This document shows, piece after piece, positions 56,743-64,000 of a stretch of DNA of 64,000 nt. Position numbers and translations under genes: made by a program. Source of the DNA: Desulfuromonadales bacterium (lineage in GTDB: Bacteria; Desulfobacterota; Desulfuromonadia; Desulfuromonadales; SZUA-540); contig JAWSUS010000008.1 in assembly GCA_033549025.1 (NCBI GenBank), forward strand, positions 59,905 to 123,904, in the 5' to 3' direction. Positions within the stretch are counted from its first letter, which is position 1. Every line of letters begins with the position of its first letter. A model generated the notes under the pieces. It was not told where the DNA came from. It saw nothing but the letters and a program-made list of their open reading frames with translations, and searched no databases.

Positions 56743-57951
56743 TCAGCATTTCTTGACGATCGGGCAGGTTTCGCAGGTCATCGGCTGACCGCCCCGGTTG
56801 TACAGAGGGCTCATATCACGCAGCCTTTGCACGATGGGAGGCAGCACTTCGAGAATGTAGTCGACGTCCTCTTCGGTGTTGTCAGGACCCAGGCTGAAGC
56901 GGGTGCTGGAATGGGCCAGCACCACATCCACGCACATGGCGCCCATGACGTGGGAGGGCTCCAGGGAGCCGGAGGTGCAGGCCGACCCGGAGGAGGCGGC
57001 GATGCCCTTCATATCGAAATTGAGCAGCAGCGACTCCCCTTCGATGTAGGCGAAGCTGACATTCAGGGTGTTGGGCAGACGCAGGGTCGGATGACCGTTG
57101 AGCTTGACCTCGGGAATCTGTTCGAAAATCCCTTTTTCCAGACGATCCCGCAGCGCTCGGATTTTCTCGGCGTGACTCCCTTGCTCCGCCGCAGCCAGTT
57201 CACAGGCCACTCCCAAACCGACGATGCCGGGTACATTGTGGGTACCGGCGCGGCGATTGCGCTCCTGGTGGCCACCATGTATGAGCGGGGTCAGCTTGGT
57301 GCCGCGGCGAATGTAGAGGGCGCCGACGCCCTTGGGCGCGCCCAGCTTGTGCCCGGAGATGACGAGCAGATCCACCCCGGCGGCCTGGACATCGACGGGA
57401 ATTTTACCGACGGCCTGTACGGCGTCGCTGTGAAAACGGACCTTGTGTTTTTTGGCGATGGCCCCGATTTCCTCAATGGGAAAGATATTGCCCGTTTCGT
57501 TATTGGCCCACATGACGGAGATGAGAATCGTCTTGTCGGTGATGGCGGCTTCGAGATCCTGCAGATCGAGCATGCCGTCACGGTCCACCGGCAGGTAGGT
57601 GACCTCGAACCCCTGCTTTTCCAGGGCCTGACAGGTGTTGAGCACAGCCGGGTGTTCCACGCTGGTGGTAATGATGTGATTCCCCTTCTCCCGCAGGGCT
57701 TCGGCCGTCCCCTTGATGGCGTGGTTGTCCCCTTCGCTGCCGCAGGAGACAAAGACGATTTCGGCGGGGGAACAGTTGACCAGGCGGGCGACCTGCTCAC
57801 GGGCTTTTTCTACGGCCGGGCTGACCGCCCTTCCCGCCCAGTGCACGCTGGAGGGATTGCCGAAATGTTCGCGAAAAAAGGGAAGCATCGCATCCAGAAC
57901 CTCCGGCCGCACAGCCGTGGTCGCATTATTGTCCATGTAAATCCGTTTCAA
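56743..57951 (-). CDS. iscS: Cysteine desulfurase IscS/NifS
   Basis: YMDNNATT, SGHKLGAPKG, SSGSACTS; TTG start inferred from the RBS. Confidence 0.95.
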   Translation of the reverse strand: MKRIYMDNNATTAVRPEVLDAMLPFFREHFGNPSSVHWAGRAVSPAVEKAREQVARLVNCSPAEIVFVSCGSEGDNHAIKGTAEALREKGNHIITTSVEHPAVLNTCQALEKQGFEVTYLPVDRDGMLDLQDLEAAITDKTILISVMWANNETGNIFPIEEIGAIAKKHKVRFHSDAVQAVGKIPVDVQAAGVDLLVISGHKLGAPKGVGALYIRRGTKLTPLIHGGHQERNRRAGTHNVPGIVGLGVACELAAAEQGSHAEKIRALRDRLEKGIFEQIPEVKLNGHPTLRLPNTLNVSFAYIEGESLLLNFDMKGIAASSGSACTSGSLEPSHVMGAMCVDVVLAHSSTRFSLGPDNTEEDVDYILEVLPPIVQRLRDMSPLYNRGGQPMTCETCPIVKKC

Positions 57952-57967
57952 AACCCCATCCTCCATA

Positions 57968-58420
57968 TCATGGTGAAATCTCGTTGAGCCGCCCCTGGCG
58001 GTCAAGAATCTTGTCATTGGCTTCGCGGGTCAGATCGGCGAGGGTGATGGACCCCAGAAAGGTGCGAATCCGCTCCCCCAGCCCCTGCCACACACTGTGG
58101 GTCACGCAATGGTCCGTGCAGCTGCAACGCCCCTGGGCATCCATACAGGAGACCGGTACCAGGGTTTCCTCGACGCTGTCGATGATCTGGTCGACCCGGA
58201 TCTCTTCGGCGTTCCTGGCCAGCACATAGCCGCCACCGGGCCCCCGCACACTGTCCACGATACCCCCCCGGCGCAGTTTGACGAAAAGCTGTTCCAGGTA
58301 CGTGAGAGAGATGTCCTCTCGCGCGGCGATTTCTTTCAGCGAAACAGGTGTCCCCTGAGCATTGAGATGCAGACTGACCATGGCCCTGACCGCATATTGC
58401 GCTTTGGTGGAAAGACGCAT
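57968..58420 (-). CDS. iscR: Rrf2-family regulator (IscR-like)
   Basis: [24 protein letters not shown], Cys cluster. Confidence 0.9.
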   Translation of the reverse strand: MRLSTKAQYAVRAMVSLHLNAQGTPVSLKEIAAREDISLTYLEQLFVKLRRGGIVDSVRGPGGGYVLARNAEEIRVDQIIDSVEETLVPVSCMDAQGRCSCTDHCVTHSVWQGLGERIRTFLGSITLADLTREANDKILDRQGRLNEISP

Positions 58421-59112
58421 CAGGTCGTCTCCTTCTTCTCCGCTTCAGCCAGCTGGCCTTTCAGGCGCTCCTGCTCTTCGGTAAGTGTTTTGACTTTTCT
58501 TTCCAGCGAGCGGATCTGATCGAAAAGACAGGAAATCGCCTTGGCTTCGGGGTCCGGCAGCTGGCCGTGCTCCAGGTCGGCCCGGGTAACGGACTGACCC
58601 TCGGACATCACCACCCGTCCCGGGACGCCGACGACCGTCGAATTCGGCGGGACTTCCTTGACCACAACCGAGTTGGAGCCCACCTTGCTGTTGTCTCCGA
58701 CGGTGAAGGGTCCGAGGATTTTGGCACCGGATCCGACGACGACATTGTCACCCAGGGTAGGATGGCGTTTTTCCTTGGCCCAACTGGTGCCGCCGAGGGT
58801 TACGCCGTGATAGAGGGTGCAGTTGTTGCCGATTTCAGCCGTTTCACCGATAACGACACCCATGCCGTGGTCGATAAAGAATCCCCGCCCGATTTTGGCA
58901 CCCGGATGAATTTCGATGCCGGTAAAAAACCGGCCCATCTGGGAAACCAGCCGTCCCACAAAGAAAAAGTTCCTGATCCATAGCGCATGGGCCAGACGGT
59001 AAAAAAGCAGCGCATGAAAGCCCGGATAACAAAAAACGACCTCCAGTGAGCTGCGCACAGCGGGGTCGCGGTCGAATACGGCTTTGAGATCCTCTTTCAG
59101 GGTAGCTAACAC
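58420..59112 (-). CDS. cysE: Serine O-acetyltransferase
   Basis: RDPA, EIHPGA, FIDHGMG, KRHPT. Confidence 0.96.
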   Translation of the reverse strand: MLATLKEDLKAVFDRDPAVRSSLEVVFCYPGFHALLFYRLAHALWIRNFFFVGRLVSQMGRFFTGIEIHPGAKIGRGFFIDHGMGVVIGETAEIGNNCTLYHGVTLGGTSWAKEKRHPTLGDNVVVGSGAKILGPFTVGDNSKVGSNSVVVKEVPPNSTVVGVPGRVVMSEGQSVTRADLEHGQLPDPEAKAISCLFDQIRSLERKVKTLTEEQERLKGQLAEAEKKETT

Positions 59113-59162
59113 ATCAGGCTCCTTGCGTCGTGGGATTAACTGCCATTCGCCACACGATTAAC

Positions 59163-59187
59163 ATACCTGAGCGATTCTGTCAATTAT
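59163..59187 (-). promoter_or_regulatory. IscR type-1-like operator overlapping TTGACA
   Basis: ATAATTGACAGAATCGCTCAGGTAT upstream of cysE-iscR-iscS-iscU. Confidence 0.6.
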
Positions 59188-59260
59188 TAAGTATCGGCTG
59201 ACAATCGGGCCTGATCGGCAAGGCAAAAACCACGGCGCATGACGAAAAAGGCGCCTACCC

Positions 59261-60769
59261 CTATAGAAAGAGCTGATAGGCGGGGTTATCGGTCTCCTCT
59301 TTAAAGCGGTAGCCCAGAGAATCGAGAAATCGTTGAAACTCGGCCTGATCCCCTGGCGGAATTTCCAGGCCGATGAGGACACGCCCGAAATCGCCGCCCT
59401 GCAGACGGTAATGAAAAAGGGAGATATTCCAGTTGGCTCCCATGGAAGTCAGAAACCGACTGAGAGCGCCGGGACGCTCCGGAAACCAGAAGCGGTAGAG
59501 AACTTCCTGGCCGGCTTCGGCGGAACGGCCGCCGACCATGTAACGAATGTGCGTTTTTGCCAGGTCGTTATCGGTGAGATCGAGGTTTTCATAGCCTTTA
59601 TCCGCCAGTTGGCGCGAAAAGGCCGCCCTCTCCGCTTCGTCTTTGATGGAAAGCCCGACAAAAATATGGGCCGCCTGGCGGCTGGACAGGCGGTAGTTGA
59701 ATTCCGTGATGTTCCGGCCGCCGACCAGTTCGCCGCAGAAGTGTTTCAGTGCACCGGGACGCTCGGGAATAGTCACTGCGAAGAGCGCTTCCTGCTTTTC
59801 TCCCACCTGCGTCCGTTCGGCCACATAGCGCAGACGCTCGAAATTCATGTTGGCCCCGGAGTTGATGGCAACCAGGGTCTGCCCGGTGATCTTTTCCTGC
59901 CGAATATATTTCTTGAGCCCGGCCAATGCCAGCGCTCCGGCCGGTTCGGCTATGGACCGGGTCGCTTCGTAAGTACTCTTGATAGCACTGCACAACTCAT
60001 CCGTATCGACCCGGATGACCTCATCGACGTATTTGCGGCAATAATCGAAGGTCAGCTTGCCGACCTCCCTGACGGCCACCCCATCGGCGAAGATCCCCAC
60101 ATAGTCGAGAACGACCCGATGCCCCAGTTCCAGTGAACGGGCCATGGCATCGCTGTCGACAGGTTCCACCCCGATGATGCGCACTTCCGGCCGAAGCGCC
60201 TTGAAATAGGCGGCGATACCGCTGATGAGACCGCCGCCGCCGATGGGGACGAACACGGCATCCAGCCGTCCCGAGTTTTGCCGCAGAATCTCATCGGCCA
60301 CCGTACCCTGCCCGGCAATAACCAGTTCGTCATCGAAGGGATGGACGAAGGTCATCCCCGTCTGTTCAACCAGCTCCTGGCAACGGGCGGCCGCCTCGGA
60401 ATAGCTGTCGCCATGGAGCACAACCTCGGCACCCAAAGCCTTGACGGCCGAAATCTTGATCGCCGGGGTTGTCACCGGCATGACGATCACCGCACGAACC
60501 CCCAGCTGACGGGCCGCATACGCGACACCCTGGGCGTGATTGCCGGCGGAGGCGGCCATTACGCCGCGATCCAGTTCTTCCGCACTCAGGTGCGCTACTT
60601 TGTTATAGGCTCCGCGCAATTTGAAGGAGAAGATCGGCTGCAGGTCTTCCCGCTTGAGAAGGATACGGTTGTTCAGCGCGCGCGACAGACCGGGGGCTTC
60701 CTCCAACGGAGTCTCCACGGCCGCTTCATAGACGCGGGAGGTCAGGATACGCTTGAGCATTTTTTGCAT
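59261..60769 (-). CDS. ilvA: Threonine ammonia-lyase, biosynthetic
   Basis: KREDLQPIFSFKLRGA, SAGNHAQG, two C-terminal regulatory domains. Confidence 0.97.
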   Translation of the reverse strand: MQKMLKRILTSRVYEAAVETPLEEAPGLSRALNNRILLKREDLQPIFSFKLRGAYNKVAHLSAEELDRGVMAASAGNHAQGVAYAARQLGVRAVIVMPVTTPAIKISAVKALGAEVVLHGDSYSEAAARCQELVEQTGMTFVHPFDDELVIAGQGTVADEILRQNSGRLDAVFVPIGGGGLISGIAAYFKALRPEVRIIGVEPVDSDAMARSLELGHRVVLDYVGIFADGVAVREVGKLTFDYCRKYVDEVIRVDTDELCSAIKSTYEATRSIAEPAGALALAGLKKYIRQEKITGQTLVAINSGANMNFERLRYVAERTQVGEKQEALFAVTIPERPGALKHFCGELVGGRNITEFNYRLSSRQAAHIFVGLSIKDEAERAAFSRQLADKGYENLDLTDNDLAKTHIRYMVGGRSAEAGQEVLYRFWFPERPGALSRFLTSMGANWNISLFHYRLQGGDFGRVLIGLEIPPGDQAEFQRFLDSLGYRFKEETDNPAYQLFL

Positions 60770-60810
60770 GATAAAATTCCCTCGACAGCATTGAATATCA
60801 ATTTAAACGA

Positions 60811-62070
60811 TCAATCTCTTTCCAGAATCATGGCCGCGGCCATGGCTCCGGCGGCACAGATGGAAACCAGGCCATAGCGGGATTTTCTTCTGGCCATCTC
60901 GCCGGCCAGGGTGGTGACGATGCGCGCGCCCGTGGCCGCGAAGGGGTGCCCGACGGCGATGGAACTGCCGAGGGGGTTGAGGATCGCTGGGTCGACGGCG
61001 CCGATGGCCTCATCCTTCCACCCCTGTTCCCAGGCGGCCAGATTGCAGGCGACCTGGGCACCGAAGGCCTCATGCATCTCCACGATATCCATATCGCGCA
61101 GGGACAGACCGGTCCGACGCAGCAGGGCCGGCACGGCCAGGGCGGGGGCCATCAGCAGACCGTCGTCGGGGTGCAGGGAGGCAAATTGAACATCGCGGAT
61201 AAAGGCCAGCGGCTCTCGCCCTTCCCTGGCCGCCCGTTCTTCCGACATGAGCAGCACGCCTGCCGCGCCGTCCGTAAGAGGACTGGAATTCCCGGCGGTC
61301 AGGGTTCCGCGGCTGGAGCGGTCAAAAACCGGCTGGAGCGAACCGAGTCTCTCCAGGCTCGTATCGCCGCGCACGATCATGTCGCGGTCGAGGCCTTTTA
61401 AAGGGGCGATCTCCGCGACGAGCCGGCCGTCTGCGGTCGCCTGGGCCGCTCGCAGGTGGCTGCGCAGGGCGATCTCGTCCTGAACCTGCCGGGGTATCTG
61501 CCACTGCTTGGCCATAAGTTCGCAATGTTCGCCCATCGACAACCCGGTGGACGGCTCCTTGACCGACAGGGATTCGGGACGAAAATGCCGTGGACGCAAA
61601 CGAAGAAGGGCCTGGACTTGCTGACCGGTGGAGGAAGCCAGGCCCGCCTCCAGAAAAATGCGGGAAGCCTCCCGGCTGAACAGGATGGGCGCCTGCGACA
61701 TGGATTCGACGCCCCCGGCGATGCCGGCTTCGGACCTGCCGCCGGCGATGGCCTCCGCCAGGTTGGCTATGGCATGAGCCGAAGTGATACAGTTATTGGA
61801 GACCATGTAGCCGCGAATGTGCGCCGGCAATCTGAGATCGAGCACGATCTCCCGGGCGATATTGGAAATCCGGGGGTCATGAATGACCCGTCCCCAGACA
61901 ATATCGTCCAGACTTTCGGCCTCGACACCATAACGGGCCAGCATCTCGGCGACCACATGGGTAGACATGGCCAGAGGAGACAGATCTTTGAAATAGGTTC
62001 CCGCTTTGACAAAAGGGGTTCGTAGTCCGCCGACCACAGCAACTCGCCGCCCATTGATGGTTTTACCCAT
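60811..62070 (-). CDS. Acetyl-CoA C-acyltransferase (FadI-like thiolase)
   Basis: RTPFVKA, NNCITS, MHEAF, GHPFAATG, CAAG. Confidence 0.92.
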   Translation of the reverse strand: MGKTINGRRVAVVGGLRTPFVKAGTYFKDLSPLAMSTHVVAEMLARYGVEAESLDDIVWGRVIHDPRISNIAREIVLDLRLPAHIRGYMVSNNCITSAHAIANLAEAIAGGRSEAGIAGGVESMSQAPILFSREASRIFLEAGLASSTGQQVQALLRLRPRHFRPESLSVKEPSTGLSMGEHCELMAKQWQIPRQVQDEIALRSHLRAAQATADGRLVAEIAPLKGLDRDMIVRGDTSLERLGSLQPVFDRSSRGTLTAGNSSPLTDGAAGVLLMSEERAAREGREPLAFIRDVQFASLHPDDGLLMAPALAVPALLRRTGLSLRDMDIVEMHEAFGAQVACNLAAWEQGWKDEAIGAVDPAILNPLGSSIAVGHPFAATGARIVTTLAGEMARRKSRYGLVSICAAGAMAAAMILERD

Positions 62071-62279
62071 GTAAAGACCTCCTTTCTGCAAAGAGTTCAG
62101 CACATTGTCGGCGACCTGTCACGGTTTGACAAGGATTAATTCTTTGAAATTTTTTTCCTGAGACCGGACCTTGGTGTCGACAAATGTAGCTGACTTATAT
62201 ATACTGCCTTGCTGAATGTTCATTTCAAGCGCAGAGGCCTTCTGCCGCGCGTTTCATATCATGAAAAGGAGAGAAAACC

Positions 62280-63899
62280 ATGCCGGAGTTCACGTACCAG
62301 GATCCCTTCCCCGTAGGCAAAGACACGACCAAATACTACAAGATCCCCGATTCGGAAAAGTATGTTTCCGTGTCCAACTTCGATGGCAAGGATGTCCTCA
62401 AGGTTGACCCCGAAGGCCTCACGGTCCTGGCCAACCAGGCCATGAAAGACGTCTCCTTCCTCCTGCGCCCCGAGCACAACGAGCAGGTCGCCAAGATCCT
62501 GCGTGACCCCGAAGCTTCCCCCAATGATCGCGGCGTCGCCATGGCCTTTTTGCGCAACGCGGAAATCTCCGCCAATTTTGAGCTGCCTGTCTGCCAGGAC
62601 ACCGGCACTGCCACGATCGTCGCCAAAAAAGGCCAGCAGGTGTGGACAGGCTGCAAGGACGAGGAATATCTCTCCAAGGGCGTTTACAAGACCTACACCG
62701 AGGAGAACCTGCGCTATTCCCAGACCGTCGCCCTCGACATGTACAAGGAAAAGAACACCGGCACCAACCTGCCCGCCCAGATCGACATCATGGCGACCGA
62801 AGGGGACTACTACAAGTTCCTTTTCATGGCCAAAGGCGGCGGTAGCGCCAACAAAACCATGCTCTACCAGGAGACCAAAGCGCTGCTCACTCCCGAGAAG
62901 CTGGAGAAGTTCCTGGTCGAGAAAATGAAATATCTCGGCACCGCCGCCTGCCCGCCCTACCACATCGCTTTCGTTATCGGCGGCACCAGCGCCGACGCCT
63001 GTATGAAGACCGTCAAACTGGCCACTGCCAAGGAACTCGATGGGCTGCCCACCGAAGGCAACGAGCATGGTCAGGCTTTCCGTGACACCGCTCTTGAAGC
63101 CAAGCTTCTGGAGGCTGCGCAAAAACTCGGCATCGGCGCCCAGTTCGGCGGCAAGTACTTCGCCCATGACGTCCGCGTCATCCGTCTGCCCCGCCATGGC
63201 GCCTCCTGCCCCGTCGGCATGGCGGTTTCCTGCTCCGCCGACCGCAATATCAAGGCGAAAATCACCCGCGAGGGCCTCTTCGTCGAAGAGATGGACCGCA
63301 ATCCCGGCCGCCTCATTCCCGACCAGTATCGCGGCAAACACGGCCACGGCACGCGCATCGATCTCAACCGCCCCATGAAGGAGATCCTGGCCGACCTGTC
63401 CAAACTTGAAGTCGGCGCCCCCCTCCTTCTGCAGGGCACCATCGTGGTCGGCCGCGACATCGCCCATGCCAAGTTCAAGGAAATCCTCGACTCCGGCAAG
63501 CCGCTGCCGGACTACCTGAAGAACCATCCCATCTATTACGCAGGCCCGGCCAAAACGCCGGCCGGCAAACCGTCCGGTTCCTTCGGACCGACCACGGCCG
63601 GCCGCATGGACTCCTACGTCGATCTGCTGCAGGAAAACGGCGGCTCCATGATCATGATCGCCAAGGGCAACCGCAGCCAGCAGGTCACCGACGCCTGTAA
63701 AAAACATGGCGGCTTCTACCTCGGCTCCATCGGTGGCCCCGCCGCCGTCCTGGCCGAAGAAAACATCAAAAAGGTCGAATGCATCGACTTCCCCGAACTC
63801 GGCATGGAAGCTGTCTGGAAGATCGAGGTTGAAGATTTCCCCGCCTTCATCCTGGTGGATGACAAAGGCAACGACTTCTTCAAAAAGCTCGGCCTCTAA
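62280..63899 (+). CDS. Class I (Fe-S) fumarate hydratase
   Basis: [30 protein letters not shown]. Confidence 0.96.
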   Translation: MPEFTYQDPFPVGKDTTKYYKIPDSEKYVSVSNFDGKDVLKVDPEGLTVLANQAMKDVSFLLRPEHNEQVAKILRDPEASPNDRGVAMAFLRNAEISANFELPVCQDTGTATIVAKKGQQVWTGCKDEEYLSKGVYKTYTEENLRYSQTVALDMYKEKNTGTNLPAQIDIMATEGDYYKFLFMAKGGGSANKTMLYQETKALLTPEKLEKFLVEKMKYLGTAACPPYHIAFVIGGTSADACMKTVKLATAKELDGLPTEGNEHGQAFRDTALEAKLLEAAQKLGIGAQFGGKYFAHDVRVIRLPRHGASCPVGMAVSCSADRNIKAKITREGLFVEEMDRNPGRLIPDQYRGKHGHGTRIDLNRPMKEILADLSKLEVGAPLLLQGTIVVGRDIAHAKFKEILDSGKPLPDYLKNHPIYYAGPAKTPAGKPSGSFGPTTAGRMDSYVDLLQENGGSMIMIAKGNRSQQVTDACKKHGGFYLGSIGGPAAVLAEENIKKVECIDFPELGMEAVWKIEVEDFPAFILVDDKGNDFFKKLGL

Positions 63900-64000
63900 C
63901 CATCGAGTAAAGATTGCTTTACCTGTAAGAAATTGACGCGTTGTTTACAGAATCCGATAATATCGAGGGGAGGATTTTGTAAACATGGTCATGCACAAAA

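Overview
The window has two parts. (1) Bases 1 to ~28,530 are the right-hand part of a prophage-like integrative element lying against the 3' end of the tmRNA gene (ssrA); it runs off the left edge. It carries packaging genes (TerS-like, TerL, portal) and a >1271-aa MuF/SPP1-gp7 head protein with HeH-like repeats and a HipA-like kinase domain, which the ORF track omits because it has no stop in the window. It also carries a counter-oriented tyrosine-recombinase trio followed by a 45-bp-period repeat array, a primase-helicase with an iteron-rich putative origin, a RecD2/ERCC4/Sak4-like/PD-(D/E)XK module, its own ECF-like sigma factor with five matching promoter motifs, a LexA-N/QatB-like/QueC(QatC)-like operon, and a DUF2924 + large serine recombinase module. 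(2) Bases ~28,530 to 64,000 are housekeeping chromosome of a Desulfuromonas-like bacterium (tmRNA tag ADSDVSYALAA): smpB, panB-panC-panP, NAD-glutamate dehydrogenase, rsmA, tsaD, nrdJ, mtaB, mnmA, cysE-iscR-iscS-iscU, ilvA, thiolase and class I fumarase. This part also holds an IS200/IS605 element (TnpA + rearranged-RuvC TnpB) that appears silently inserted at the nrdJ stop codon, and a candidate sigma54-driven sRNA. All family assignments come from motif recognition by eye; no database searches were run.
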